From Trueperaceae bacterium (GTDB lineage Bacteria; Deinococcota; Deinococci; Deinococcales; Trueperaceae), in assembly GCA_965213705.1 (NCBI GenBank), contig OZ243913.1, forward strand, positions 3,264,001-3,328,000: a DNA stretch of 64,000 nt, written 5' to 3'. This document shows, one piece after another, positions 48,180 through 62,439 of this stretch. The notes beneath the pieces are model-generated. The model was not told the DNA's origin, did no database searches, and saw only the letters and a program-made list of their open reading frames with translations. Position 1 is the stretch's first letter, and each line of letters opens with the position of its first letter. Position numbers and translations under genes: made by a program.

Positions 48180-49541
48180 ATGGCTGAACCGTCTTCCCTA
48201 TTCAACTCACGCCGCCGCAGCCTAACCCCGGCCCAACTTATCGTGTTGTCGTTTTTGGGCGCGATAGCTGCGGGGACGCTGCTTTTGGCACTGCCCTTCA
48301 CCCACGCTCCCGGATACCGGGTCAGCGTGTTGGACGCCCTGTTTACCGCAACGAGCGCAGTTTGCGTGACCGGGCTGGTGGTGGTGGACACGGGCAGCGC
48401 CTACAACCGGCTGGGACAGTTTGTCATCATGGTGCTTTTTCAAGCGGGCGGCTTGGGCATCCTGACGCTGGGCGCGCTGCTGGCCCTGGCGACCCGCCGC
48501 CGCGTCGGTTTCAGCCAGCGGATGCGGCTTCAGGCCCAGGTCAACGCGCTTCAGGTCGGGGGCGTGATACGGCTCGTGCGCAGCATCTTTGTCGTGGTGT
48601 TGACGACCGAGTTGCTCGGCGCCGCCCTGCTTTACTTACGTTTCGCGCAAACCGTCGGCGTCTCGGACGGGGTCTTTTACGCGCTTTTCCACAGCATCAG
48701 CGCGTTCAACAACGCCGGTTTCGCGCTTTATCCCGACAGCTTGACGCGTTTCGTCGGCGACCCCCTCGTCAACCTTACGGTCATCGCCCTCATCGTCTTA
48801 GGAGGCTTGGGGTTCGTCGTCATCCTGGACATCTTCGCGCGCTTCCGTGAGCGCCGCCGCACCCCTTTCAGCTTGACCAGCAAGCTCGTGTTGGTGTCGA
48901 CCGTGGTGCTCACCGCCGGGGCGCTGGTGTTTATTACCGTGCTCGAGTGGGCCAACCCGGCGACCCTGGCCCCGTTGCCTTTGGGCAGCAAGCTGCTCGG
49001 CAGCTTGTTTCAGGCGGTGGTGCCGCGCACCGCCGGCTTCAACACCCTCGACTACAGCCAGATGACGACGGCGAGCCTGGTCATGACCATTTTGCTCATG
49101 TTCATCGGCGCAAACCCGAGTTCGACCGGGGGCGGTATCAAAACGGTGACCTTCGTCGTGCTGCTGGGCAGCGCCTGGGCGGTTATCCGGAACAAGGGCG
49201 AACTGAACTTGTACGGGCGGCGCGTGGCGCTCTTTACCGTGGTGCGGGCGGGCGTCATCGCCTTCGGCGCGGCGATGACCATCGGCGCGGCGGTAACTCT
49301 GCTGGCCGTTTCGGACGCCGACAAAGGCCTGCTCAACTTGCTTTTCGAGGCGGTCTCGGCCTTCGCCACCGTGGGTTTGTCGTTGGGCGTCACCGCGGAG
49401 CTGAGCGTGTTCGGAAAGTGGGTTATCATCGTGCTCATGTATTTAGGACGTGTGGGCCTCGTCACCTTTGCGCTGGCCCTGGTCGAAGAGGAACCCGACC
49501 GGGATATCCGTTACCCTACCGAAGACGTGACCATCGGTTAG
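48180..49541 (+). CDS. Trk/Ktr potassium uptake membrane subunit (KtrB/TrkH)
   Basis: Four pore loops: SAVCVTGL, SAFNNAGF, PRTAGF, SAFATVGLS; also GGGIK. Confidence 0.94.
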   Translation: MAEPSSLFNSRRRSLTPAQLIVLSFLGAIAAGTLLLALPFTHAPGYRVSVLDALFTATSAVCVTGLVVVDTGSAYNRLGQFVIMVLFQAGGLGILTLGALLALATRRRVGFSQRMRLQAQVNALQVGGVIRLVRSIFVVVLTTELLGAALLYLRFAQTVGVSDGVFYALFHSISAFNNAGFALYPDSLTRFVGDPLVNLTVIALIVLGGLGFVVILDIFARFRERRRTPFSLTSKLVLVSTVVLTAGALVFITVLEWANPATLAPLPLGSKLLGSLFQAVVPRTAGFNTLDYSQMTTASLVMTILLMFIGANPSSTGGGIKTVTFVVLLGSAWAVIRNKGELNLYGRRVALFTVVRAGVIAFGAAMTIGAAVTLLAVSDADKGLLNLLFEAVSAFATVGLSLGVTAELSVFGKWVIIVLMYLGRVGLVTFALALVEEEPDRDIRYPTEDVTIG

Positions 49542-49544
49542 CCT

Positions 49545-50204
49545 GTGGCGGCGCAGCAGTTTTTGATCATCGGTGTGGGCCGCTTCGGTTCAGCGGTCGC
49601 CCAGACGCTTTACGACTTAGGCCAGGAGGTCGTCGTCGTCGACGAGGACGAGGACGCCCTGCAAGACGTCATGAACAGCGTCACCCACGCGGCCTTGCTG
49701 GACGCTACCGACGAGGCGGCGCTCGCCCGGCTCGGCGTCAACACCTTCGACTACGTTGTCGTCGCCATCGGCAGCAACTTAGAGGCGAGCATCTTGGCGA
49801 CGGTGGCGGCCAAGAGCGGCGGCGCGCGGCACGTCATCTGCAAGGTCAACAGCCAGTTGGCGGCGCGTGTGTTGGCGAGCGTCGGGGCCGACGAGGTCGT
49901 TCGGCCCGAACACGACATGGGCACGCGTTTGGCGCGTCAGCTCGTCTCACCCGACATCGTGGACGCCTTCAACTTAGGCGAAAACCACGGCGTCGTCGAA
50001 CTGGAAGCGCAGACCAACCTGTGCGGACGACTCGCCGACTTGCGCCTGCCCAACCGCTTCGGCGTGCAGGTCATCGCGGTAAACCGCGAAAGCCAGCTTC
50101 AGGTCACGCCGGGTGCGGACTTCGTCCTTGAACCGGGCGACCACGTCGTGCTGATAGGCAGCAACGACGGTATCGCCAAACTGCGCAAGCACTTGAAGCG
50201 TTAG
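49545..50204 (+). CDS. Trk/Ktr RCK regulatory subunit (KtrA/TrkA)
   Basis: IG-GRFG, VVAIG, GAD-VV-PE, TrkA_C domain. Confidence 0.93.
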   Translation: MAAQQFLIIGVGRFGSAVAQTLYDLGQEVVVVDEDEDALQDVMNSVTHAALLDATDEAALARLGVNTFDYVVVAIGSNLEASILATVAAKSGGARHVICKVNSQLAARVLASVGADEVVRPEHDMGTRLARQLVSPDIVDAFNLGENHGVVELEAQTNLCGRLADLRLPNRFGVQVIAVNRESQLQVTPGADFVLEPGDHVVLIGSNDGIAKLRKHLKR

Positions 50205-50210
50205 GCGTCC

Positions 50211-51056
50211 GTGGCCGTCTTCGACCCACCCAACCGCACGCTGCGCGTCGGCGTTCTTTGCGTGGCGCTTTTGTTCGGCGGACTTGTCGTCGACTTGTCC
50301 TCTCCGCAAGCGCTCGTCGTCGCCATCGTTTACGACATTCCCGTCGCGCTTTCGGGGCTGGCCTTGTCCCGCCGCTTGACCGTAAGCATGGTGCTGTTGG
50401 CGCTTGTAAACAACGTGTTGGCCGCCTACGTCAACGCGGTCTCCACGGGCGGTTACGACACCCTGGCGCTTTTGAACCGCGGCTTGTCGGCGTTTTCGTT
50501 TTTGCTCGTCGGCGCGCTGATGCTGGCGCTCCGCAACGCTTCGACCCGGGCGACGCGTTTGGCGTTCGAAGCGGAACGGGCGCAGCGCGAGTTCACGCTG
50601 CGCCGCGCCCTGTCGAGCCTGAGCGGACCCCTAAAGCCGGACGCGCTGTTGCAAAAGGCCGTCGCCGAACTGCGCGACCTGTTGCAAGCGAACGCGGTCG
50701 TCATTGCAGGGTTGCAAGAACACCGTTTTGCCGCGCCCCGCTACAGCAGCCCCGACACGACCCAGACGGCGCTCGTCGGCAAGACGGCGTCGTGGGCGGT
50801 CGACGCCCTGCCGACGGGCAAGGCGTCGGTCATTACCGTCCGCTCGGACCAAGGCCCGAAGACGGTGGGCCGCTGGCGCAGCGCCGGCGGCGACCTTATC
50901 GTCGTGGTCGACAGACCCCGCAACGACGAAGCGTCTTTGGTGTTGAGGGAAATGCTGACGGGCCTCGAGCCCCTGCTCGAACGCGCCCGGCTGTTGGAGC
51001 AGTTACCCAACCAGGCGTCCGAACAACCGCAAAGCTCTTCCCCGCCCGGCGGGTGA
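50211..51056 (+). CDS. Membrane protein with four TM segments and a GAF-like cytoplasmic domain
   Basis: Hydrophobic N-terminus, coiled linker, L--AV-EL-DLL-A-A GAF-like start; no kinase domain; 6 nt after the KtrA-like gene. Confidence 0.6.
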   Translation: MAVFDPPNRTLRVGVLCVALLFGGLVVDLSSPQALVVAIVYDIPVALSGLALSRRLTVSMVLLALVNNVLAAYVNAVSTGGYDTLALLNRGLSAFSFLLVGALMLALRNASTRATRLAFEAERAQREFTLRRALSSLSGPLKPDALLQKAVAELRDLLQANAVVIAGLQEHRFAAPRYSSPDTTQTALVGKTASWAVDALPTGKASVITVRSDQGPKTVGRWRSAGGDLIVVVDRPRNDEASLVLREMLTGLEPLLERARLLEQLPNQASEQPQSSSPPGG

Positions 51057-51227
51057 CGGGGCCCAGCCTGTCGGCACGGTCCGGGTGTGTTTCAAACGGT
51101 AGACCCTGCGGAAGACGACAGCTGCAAAGAAGCCGACGATGCAACGCTCGACCGGCGCAGCGGTTAAGGTGGTCCGTAAGCCACCTTGAGTCAAGGGCAG
51201 AAACCAAACTTGAGTTAGGAGCACAAC

Positions 51228-51959
51228 ATGGCAAACTTACAAGGCAAAACCGCCGTCGTCACGGGTGCGAGCCGGGGTATCGGCCGGGCTTCGGCGCTGG
51301 CTTTGGCCCGCGAAGGCGCGAACGTCATTCTTACCGCCCGGAACGGAGTTGAGTTGCAAGAGTTGAGCGAAGAACTCGAGCAACTCGGCGTCAAAAGCCT
51401 CGCCGTGGCCGCCGACCTCAGTCAAGACGCAGACATCGCCCGGTTGAAAAAGCAGGCGCTCGAGGCCTTTGAAACCATCGACATCCTGGTGAACAACGCA
51501 GGCGTCGGCAAGTACGGCCCCTTTACCGAGATGAGCGCTGAAGACTACGACTGGATGATGGACACCAACGTCCGCAGCACGATTCTTTGCACGCGGGCGT
51601 TTTTGCCCGAGATGCTCGAGCGCGGCAGCGGTTCGATTATCACGGTGTCGTCGCAGGCGGGGCTGCACGGCTTCGGCAACGAGGCGATTTACTGCGCGAC
51701 GAAGTTCGCCCAGGTCGGTTTTTGTCAAGCCCTGGACCACGAGGTGCGCGAGCGCGGCGTCAAGGTCAGCATTATCGCGCCGGGCGGCGTCCACACTCAC
51801 TTCGCCATCGGCACGGGCCGGGAAGAGGGCGAGCCGTATTTAGACGAGATGCTGGAAGCCGAAGACGTCGCCGACGCCGTGGTCTTCGCCGCCAAACAGC
51901 CCGCCAAGTCCCGAGTGATGCTCATCGGGATGCGGCCGATGTCGGAGCCGATTTTCTAA
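51228..51959 (+). CDS. SDR oxidoreductase
   Basis: TGASRGIG, NNAG, YCATK; SD AGGAG. Confidence 0.92.
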   Translation: MANLQGKTAVVTGASRGIGRASALALAREGANVILTARNGVELQELSEELEQLGVKSLAVAADLSQDADIARLKKQALEAFETIDILVNNAGVGKYGPFTEMSAEDYDWMMDTNVRSTILCTRAFLPEMLERGSGSIITVSSQAGLHGFGNEAIYCATKFAQVGFCQALDHEVRERGVKVSIIAPGGVHTHFAIGTGREEGEPYLDEMLEAEDVADAVVFAAKQPAKSRVMLIGMRPMSEPIF

Positions 51960-52702
51960 AACGGCTTTTGGCGAGCCTTGAACTCTCTTTCGAGTCGGCG
52001 GGCGGTTTGACGCTCCCCGGCTCGAAGCGCTTTTTCCATCGCCGGGACGGGGTGCTCGAGCACCGCCCCGTGACCGACCGCGAGCCGCGTGGGGTTCAGG
52101 GCGACCAGGCGGCGGGCGCTCTCCAAAGCCGTGGGGCCGTGGTACGTGGCGAAAGCGGGCAGCGGAAACAAAGGGCGAACCTGCCCCGCGACCGCGACGC
52201 CCGCCTGCGTTTGGAAAGCGTCCCCCGCCACAAGCGTGCCGTCGCGCGGGTCGAACAGCGCGATGTGGCCGGGCGTGTGGCCGGGAGAAGCCACGACCTG
52301 CAACGAGCCGACCGTGTCGCCGTCACGCAGCAAACGCGTCGGGACGGTTTTGCAGGTGGTGTAGCCGCCGCGCAGTTTGGCGTTCGCTTTCTGCTCCGCA
52401 GAGTCGAGGACACGTTCACCCTTCAAAAACCGCGCCTCACGCTCGGAAACGAGCACTTCCGCCTCGGGCACCAGCGCGTGCAGCGCGTCGAGGCTGCCGA
52501 CGTGGTCCACGTGCGAGTGGGTCAGCACAATGCGCCTTATCGGCAAACCGAGGTCGCGGGCTGCCGTCAAGATATGGGGCGCGTTACCGCTCATGTTGGT
52601 ATCGACCACGGTGAGCCCGTCGTCCTCCCGCACCAAAAAGCTGTTGAAAGCGAGGTAACGGGTGAGGCGGTACAAGTTTTGGCCGTGCAGGTGAGGGGTC
52701 AT
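51956..52702 (-). CDS. MBL-fold metallo-hydrolase
   Basis: THSHVDHVG, PGHTPGH, AGDA, VGHG; ATG 52702 after AAGGAG. Confidence 0.9.
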   Translation of the reverse strand: MTPHLHGQNLYRLTRYLAFNSFLVREDDGLTVVDTNMSGNAPHILTAARDLGLPIRRIVLTHSHVDHVGSLDALHALVPEAEVLVSEREARFLKGERVLDSAEQKANAKLRGGYTTCKTVPTRLLRDGDTVGSLQVVASPGHTPGHIALFDPRDGTLVAGDAFQTQAGVAVAGQVRPLFPLPAFATYHGPTALESARRLVALNPTRLAVGHGAVLEHPVPAMEKALRAGERQTARRLEREFKARQKPF

Positions 52703-52716
52703 TGAGTTCTCCTTTG

Positions 52717-52797
52717 GGTGAAGACATACGGTGTTAGTCTTCACCGACCAAACTATAAGGCTTGCGCTTCGGCTTGTCAAGACGTACAGTGTTCACC
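52717..52797. promoter_or_regulatory. TetR operator(s) and promoter between the divergent MBL and TetR genes
   Basis: Inverted repeat GGTGAAGAC-N11-GTCTTCACC (52717-52745); direct repeat AAGACRTACRGTGTT at 52721 and 52779; TTGCGC-N17-TACAGT. Confidence 0.65.
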
Positions 52798-52798
52798 T

Positions 52799-53356
52799 AT
52801 GCCCTATCCTGCCAAAACAAGCCCCGAAGGTATTCTCGAGCAGGCTATTACCCTCCTCGAGCAAGGGGAAGACGCCCTCTCGATGCGCTCGCTCGCCAAA
52901 GCTCTGGATGTACGCGCCTCGAGCCTCTACCGGCACTACGCAGACCGGGAAGCACTCGAGAAAGCCATCGCCGCTTACAGCGCCAACCTCCTCCGAAAAA
53001 GTCTTGAGAGCGCCCGTGAAGGTCGAGCGGCGGCTGAAGCGTTGCGAAGTGCGGCCTACGCTTACCTTGAATTTGCCCACGCCCACCCCGCCCTCTACGA
53101 CTTGCTGCTGGCCCCCCACCCGCTCGCACAGGCCGAGCCGGGGCCGCTCAAGGACTTGTGGAACGTGTTTCTGAGGCTTGTCGGCGGCGTCACCCAAAAC
53201 CCGGACGACACCGCCAGCGCGGTCGCGTGCTGGTCGTTTTTGCACGGCTTCGTGGTGCTGGGGCGCACCGGACTCTTCGGCGGCAGCGGCCCGCAGGGTG
53301 GGTTCGAGGTGGGGCTGGCGGCGTTGGTTAGGGGGCTCGAGGCTAGCTCGAACTGA
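52799..53356 (+). CDS. TetR/AcrR family regulator (WHG-type C-terminus)
   Basis: LSMRSLAKALDVRASSLYRHY HTH; WSFLHGF. Confidence 0.9.
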   Translation: MPYPAKTSPEGILEQAITLLEQGEDALSMRSLAKALDVRASSLYRHYADREALEKAIAAYSANLLRKSLESAREGRAAAEALRSAAYAYLEFAHAHPALYDLLLAPHPLAQAEPGPLKDLWNVFLRLVGGVTQNPDDTASAVACWSFLHGFVVLGRTGLFGGSGPQGGFEVGLAALVRGLEASSN

Positions 53357-54521
53357 TGGTTGACTCGAGGTGTTCCCCGGCACCGACCTCTCGCTCAGCA
53401 GCCACTTCGACGCCCGCACCGACAAGAGCCAACTTGCCCTTGTCGCCGACGATGCGGGCGTTTTTGCCCAACGTCACGCCCTTGTCCAGCACGGCGTAGC
53501 TCACGACGGCCCCACGCTCGAGCCGCACGTTCTCGAGTAAAACCGCATTCTCAACCTTCGCCCCCGCCTCGACCACCACGCCGGGCGCGAGCACCGAGCG
53601 CACCACCGTACCCCGCACCGTGCAACTCGGCGAGACGAGGCTGTCGTCGATGTGGGCGGCTCCGAAAATTCGCGCCGGTTGAAAGTAACCGCCTTTGGTG
53701 CGCAGCGGCCAGTCGGGGTCGTCCAGCGCGAACTCGGGCTCGTCCGCGAGCAAGTCCATGTGCGCCTGCCAGTAACTCTCCGGCGTGCCGAGGTCGCGCC
53801 AGTAACCGGAATGTTCAAAGGCGTAAGCCCGGCCGTTTTCAACGAGGCGCGGCAGCAGGCGGTCGCCGTAATCGCCCAAGTCTTTGTCCTCCTCAAAAAG
53901 AGTTTGAAGCGTGTCCAGCAACACGGGCGCGTCGAACAGAAAAATCTCGGCGGTCACCTGGTCGGTCTTGGGCTCGTCCGGCTTGTAGGCAAAGCCGGTG
54001 ACGCGCCCGGCAGCGTCCGTCTCCACCACCCCGAAGCGCGAGGGGTCTTCGTCGGTGTGAACGGTCACCATCGTCACCTCGGCTTTTTTAGCTAGGTGCC
54101 GCTCGAGCACGTCGCGGTAGTCGAGCTTGTAGAGGTGGTCGGAACTGAGGACGAGGATTTGGTCCGCCCCGAAGTCGCGCAGGAAGTTCAGGTTTTGGTG
54201 CAGGGCTTCGGCGTTGCCGGAGGCGAAACCCTCACCCTCGCCGCCGCTGTAGGGCGGCAGCACGCGCAGACCGCCGCGGCTGCGGTCCAAGTCCCAGGGC
54301 CGACCGTTCGACAGGTGCTCGTTGAGCGAGTGCGGGCGGTACTGCTCGATAATCCACACGTCGCTCAAACCGCTGTTGACCGCGTTGCTTAAGGGTATGT
54401 CGATGAGGTGATAGCTGCCGCCGAAGGGCAGGCTCGGTTTGGCTCGAGCGTCCGTCAACACTTCCAAACGGCCGCCCTCACCCCCGGCCAAAATTAACGT
54501 GAGAATTTTAGTTTTTAGCAC
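53343..54521 (-). CDS. glgC: Glucose-1-phosphate adenylyltransferase family protein
   Basis: LAGG-G-RL--LT--RAKP, DHLYKLDY, YWRDLGT, beta-helix C-terminus; upstream neighbour is pgm. Confidence 0.85.
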   Translation of the reverse strand: MLKTKILTLILAGGEGGRLEVLTDARAKPSLPFGGSYHLIDIPLSNAVNSGLSDVWIIEQYRPHSLNEHLSNGRPWDLDRSRGGLRVLPPYSGGEGEGFASGNAEALHQNLNFLRDFGADQILVLSSDHLYKLDYRDVLERHLAKKAEVTMVTVHTDEDPSRFGVVETDAAGRVTGFAYKPDEPKTDQVTAEIFLFDAPVLLDTLQTLFEEDKDLGDYGDRLLPRLVENGRAYAFEHSGYWRDLGTPESYWQAHMDLLADEPEFALDDPDWPLRTKGGYFQPARIFGAAHIDDSLVSPSCTVRGTVVRSVLAPGVVVEAGAKVENAVLLENVRLERGAVVSYAVLDKGVTLGKNARIVGDKGKLALVGAGVEVAAEREVGAGEHLESTISSS

Positions 54522-54544
54522 CGCTCCCCCTAAGCTTAGACAAG

Positions 54545-54607
54545 AAGCTTGTAGCCTGTGGCTTGTAGCTCGTAGAAACCACAAGCCACTGGCTACAAGC
54601 TACAGGC
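54545..54607. repeat. Period-7 inverted repeat (TGTAGCT / AGCTACA family)
   Basis: tgtagcc tgtggct tgtagct cgtagaa then accaca agccact ggctaca agctaca. Confidence 0.75.
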
Positions 54608-54609
54608 TT

Positions 54610-56259
54610 TTAAACCCCCGCCGCTTGAAACGCTTTTTTGACGATGTCCTGCGCCTGCTCTCGAATTTGTGCCAAGTGCGCCTCGCCCCTAAAACTCTCG
54701 GCGTAAATCTTGTAGATATCTTCCGTCCCCGAGGGGCGCGCGGCGAACCAGCCGTTCTCGGTGACGACTTTCAAACCGCCGATGGGCGCGTCGTTGCCGG
54801 GCGCGCGGGTGAGTTTCGCCTCTATGCGTTCCCCGGCGAGTTCGTCCGCTTTCACCAGGTCGGGTGAGAGGTCTTTCAAGGCCGCTTTTTGCTCAGGCGA
54901 GGCGGGTGCGTCGCTGCGGCTGTAGACGGGGTCGCCGAACTGTTCGGTGAGTTTCCGGTAGTGCTCCGCTGGGTCCTCGCCCGTGACGGCAGTGATTTCG
55001 GCGGCGAGCAGGTCCATGATAATTCCGTCTTTGTCGGTCGTCCAGACCGTGCCGTCGCGCCGCAGAAACGAGGCCCCCGCCGACTCCTCGCCGCCGAAGC
55101 CGTAAGAGCCGTCGAGCAAACCGTCGACAAACCACTTGAAGCCCACGGGTACTTCTTTGAGCGGGCGGCCCAAACCGTTCGCCACCCGGTCGATGATGGA
55201 ACTCGAGACCAGCGTCTTCCCCACCGCCGCGCCGTCGGGCCAGTGGGGACGATTTTGAAAAAGATAGTGAATCGCCACCGCCAGGTAGTGGTTCGGGTTC
55301 ATGAGTCCGCTTTTGGTGACGACGCCGTGCCGGTCGAAGTCGGGGTCGTTCCCAAAGGCGATGTCGAAGTCGTCCTTGAGCTTGATTAAACTCGCCATCG
55401 CGTAGGGAGAGGAGCAGTCCATGCGAATTTTGCCGTCCTTGTCGACGGTCATAAACGAAAACGTCGGGTCGACGCGGCGGTTCACGACGCTCAGGTTGAG
55501 GCCGTACTTCGCGGCGATGGGGTCCCAGTAGTCGACGCCCGCCCCGCCCATCGGGTCCACCCCGAGTTTTAAACCGGCAGCGGCGACGACTTTTAAGTTG
55601 ATGACGTTCTCTAAGTCGTCCACGTAGGGCTGAACGTAGTCGTACATGACAGTGGTGTCGGCGGCGAGGGCCTTTTTGTAAGTGACGCGCTTGACCCCTT
55701 TGAGCCCGTCTTGCAACAGTTCGTTCGCCCGCTTCTCAACCACCTTTGTGACCTCAGGACCGGCGGGGCCGCCGTCGGGCGGGTTGTACTTGAAGCCGCC
55801 GTCCGAGGGCGGGTTGTGCGACGGCGTGATGACGACGCCGTCGGCGAGGCCGTCTTTGCGGCCCTTGTTGTGGCTCAAAATCGCGTGCGACACCGCCGGG
55901 GTCGGGGTGTAGCCCAAGCCGTCTTGAACCATCACCGTGACGCCGTTGGCGGCGAAGACTTCTAGCGCGCTTACAAGCGCGGGCTCGGACAGGGCGTGCG
56001 TGTCCATGCCGATAAACAGCGGGCCGGTGACGCCCTGGGCCGCGCGGTATTCGGCCACTGCCTGGCTCACCGCCAGGATATGGTCTTCGTTGAAACTCCC
56101 TTCCGCCGAAGTACCCCGGTGCCCCGAGGTGCCGAACGCCACACGCTGAGCGGTGTCGTCAGGGTCGGGGTGCAGGTTGTAGTAGCTCGCCACCAAACGC
56201 GGGATGTTGGGCAGCAGCGATAACGGGGCGGGTTTGCCCGCCAGGTCGTGAACACTCAT
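54610..56259 (-). CDS. pgm: Phosphoglucomutase (alpha-D-glucose-1,6-bisphosphate-dependent)
   Basis: [34 protein letters not shown]. Confidence 0.96.
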   Translation of the reverse strand: MSVHDLAGKPAPLSLLPNIPRLVASYYNLHPDPDDTAQRVAFGTSGHRGTSAEGSFNEDHILAVSQAVAEYRAAQGVTGPLFIGMDTHALSEPALVSALEVFAANGVTVMVQDGLGYTPTPAVSHAILSHNKGRKDGLADGVVITPSHNPPSDGGFKYNPPDGGPAGPEVTKVVEKRANELLQDGLKGVKRVTYKKALAADTTVMYDYVQPYVDDLENVINLKVVAAAGLKLGVDPMGGAGVDYWDPIAAKYGLNLSVVNRRVDPTFSFMTVDKDGKIRMDCSSPYAMASLIKLKDDFDIAFGNDPDFDRHGVVTKSGLMNPNHYLAVAIHYLFQNRPHWPDGAAVGKTLVSSSIIDRVANGLGRPLKEVPVGFKWFVDGLLDGSYGFGGEESAGASFLRRDGTVWTTDKDGIIMDLLAAEITAVTGEDPAEHYRKLTEQFGDPVYSRSDAPASPEQKAALKDLSPDLVKADELAGERIEAKLTRAPGNDAPIGGLKVVTENGWFAARPSGTEDIYKIYAESFRGEAHLAQIREQAQDIVKKAFQAAGV

Positions 56260-56348
56260 GAAAGCCTCCTCTGACGTTACAAACCAGGATACAGCGCCGA
56301 CCGCCCCTCGAGAGGGTCCAAATGTAAGGGTTAGCAGTTTCGACCCTT

Positions 56349-57929
<1,581 letters not shown>

Positions 57930-58164
57930 GAACGTCCTTTCCAGGTTGACCCAACGCAAAAGCGGCTCGAGGCAAGGGTTGACACCTCAAGTGTAACGAA
58001 AATGGCGGCAAACCTGTGGGTGTACCGGGTCGACGTTAGGGGACTGTGTCAAAGAGACTGGGGCGGCTCGAGGCCCGGCACGACCGACTTGCCTTGTACC
58101 TGTCGGTCTCGCACGTTCCAACAGAGGCTAAGACCAAAGAGCCGACGCCGGGCGAAACTCGGGG

Positions 58165-59025
58165 CTAGTAAAGCCGCCGCTGCAAGTCGGCGGTCTGCAG
58201 GATGGTCGCGGCGATTTCCTCGACCGAGGCGGTGGTGGTGTTCAGAAAGCGGATGTTGCGGCTCTTGAACAGCCGCTCGGCCTGCCTCACCTCGTAGTCG
58301 CAACGCTCGAGCGACGCGTACACGCTCCCCGCTTTGCGTTTGTTGCGAATCCCGTGAAGCCGCAGGGGGTCGATGGTGAGGCCGAAAACTTTGTCTTTAT
58401 AGGGGGCCAGCGCCTCGGGCAAGTCGCCAAGCTCGAAGTCGTCTTCGGCTAAAGGATAGTTCGAGGCGCGGACGCCGTACTGGAGCGCTAAAAACAGGCA
58501 AGTCGGCGTCTTGCCCACCCGCGACGCGCCCACCAAAATGATGTCGGCCCGTTGATAGTGCGTCGTCCCCAGCCCGTCGTCGGTGGTGAGCGCGAAGTCC
58601 ACCGCGTCGATGCGCATCTGGTAGCTCGCCAAGTCGACGATGCCGTGCGAGCGCCCCACGCGTTTTGAAGAGGCGCGGCCCAGTTCGCGCTCGAGCCGCG
58701 CCACGTACGGCGCGAACACGTCGAACAGGAGCGCGTCGTCCTCACCCAAGCCCGCCAGCATCATGGGGTCGCTCAGGGTGCTGAACACGACCGGACGCGC
58801 CCCGGCACGCGCCGCCGTTTTAACCTCCGCGACGACCTCCGCCGCCTTGGCCGGCGAGTCGATAAAGGGCCGCGTCAGGTAGCGAAAACCCACCCCTTCG
58901 AAACGAACCAGCAAGCTGTGCCCCAGCACCTCCGCGGTGATGCCCGTGTGGTCGGAAATGAAGAAAACGGTGCGTTCGGCTGAATTCTCGGCTGGGTTTT
59001 CTTGTGCCATGCCTTCCTTTGCCAT
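58165..59025 (-). CDS. ppsR: PEP synthase regulatory protein (kinase/pyrophosphorylase)
   Basis: ISD-TGITAE, DDG, G-SR-GKTP, SVEEIA; divergent from ppsA; start 59025 or 59010. Confidence 0.93.
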   Translation of the reverse strand: MAKEGMAQENPAENSAERTVFFISDHTGITAEVLGHSLLVRFEGVGFRYLTRPFIDSPAKAAEVVAEVKTAARAGARPVVFSTLSDPMMLAGLGEDDALLFDVFAPYVARLERELGRASSKRVGRSHGIVDLASYQMRIDAVDFALTTDDGLGTTHYQRADIILVGASRVGKTPTCLFLALQYGVRASNYPLAEDDFELGDLPEALAPYKDKVFGLTIDPLRLHGIRNKRKAGSVYASLERCDYEVRQAERLFKSRNIRFLNTTTASVEEIAATILQTADLQRRLY

Positions 59026-59207
59026 ACCTTCCTTCCGGCTGTAGAGACAGGAGGTTCGCTCGCTATCCCAATCGAATCGACGCTCATTCAGCAAAAAAGT
59101 ACAAAAGGTCACGCCTACCGCGCCAGTGTACTCTACAGTGTATACAGTTCGACCACGAGATTTTCTTAGAGCACTTTCTTGAGAGGTCTTTGAGGTAAAG
59201 GAGAGTT

Positions 59208-61592
<2,385 letters not shown>

Positions 61593-61615
61593 GGGGGCGT
61601 GTGGGACGGTAAACC

Positions 61616-62284
61616 TCAGCCCAAAAACGTCGCTATCTCCTCGAGCCCCTTTTTACCGATCGCAGGCACGCTCGCGTCCGCCGCCGGATAGCCGACCACA
61701 AGCAGCAAAAACGGCCGCTCGTTGGCGGGGCGATTCAACAGTTCGTTCAAAAACCCCATCGGACTGGGCGTGTGGGTCAGCGCCGCCAGCCCCGCGTGGT
61801 GTAACGCGGCAATCAAGAACCCCGTGGCGATGCCGACCGACTCGGTCGCGTAGTAGTGCTTGACCTTTTTGCCGTCGGCGGTGAGCCCGTAGCTCTGTGC
61901 GAACACGGCGATGAGGTAGGGCGCGGTTTCCAAAAACGGCTTGTGCTCGTCGGTGCCCAGGGGTGCGAGCGCGTCGAGCCATTCCTGCGGCGCTTTCGAC
62001 GCGTAAAACTCGCGCTCCTCGGCTTCGGCGGCGACGCGGATTTTGCTTTTCAAACTCGGGTCGGTCACCACGACGAAGTGCCAGGGCTGCAGGTTCGCCC
62101 CGTTCGGCGCGGTTCCGGCGGCGCGGAGGGCGTCTTCGATGATTTCACGCGGCACCGGCTCAGCGCTGAACTCGCGGACGCTGCGGCGGCGTTTCAAGGT
62201 GTCGTAAAAGGCTCGAGCCCGTTCACGCATCTCCTCTTCGGAACGGCGGCGGAACTCGAGCGGGACGAAGTCGGGGTGGGCCAT
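61616..62284 (-). CDS. Nitroreductase family, iodotyrosine deiodinase (IYD)-like
   Basis: [38 protein letters not shown]; leaderless after TAAACT. Confidence 0.8.
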   Translation of the reverse strand: MAHPDFVPLEFRRRSEEEMRERARAFYDTLKRRRSVREFSAEPVPREIIEDALRAAGTAPNGANLQPWHFVVVTDPSLKSKIRVAAEAEEREFYASKAPQEWLDALAPLGTDEHKPFLETAPYLIAVFAQSYGLTADGKKVKHYYATESVGIATGFLIAALHHAGLAALTHTPSPMGFLNELLNRPANERPFLLLVVGYPAADASVPAIGKKGLEEIATFLG

Positions 62285-62325
62285 TCGCCAAGTTTAACCG
62301 GCTCGAGGTGGGGGCACCGCCAGGA

Positions 62326-62394
62326 AGTACCGAGGACCGAGTGAAAAGTACCGAGTGAAAAAACTTTCGACTCGGTACTCAGGACTCGGTACTT
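62326..62394. repeat. Period-7 AGTACCG-family inverted repeat (terminator-like)
   Basis: agtaccg aggaccg agtgaaa agtaccg agtgaaa...actcggtactc aggactcggtact tttttt. Confidence 0.75.
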
Positions 62395-62439
62395 TTTTGT
62401 CCTGAAAATTAGCTCACTCGGTTATGTCGAACGAACCCG

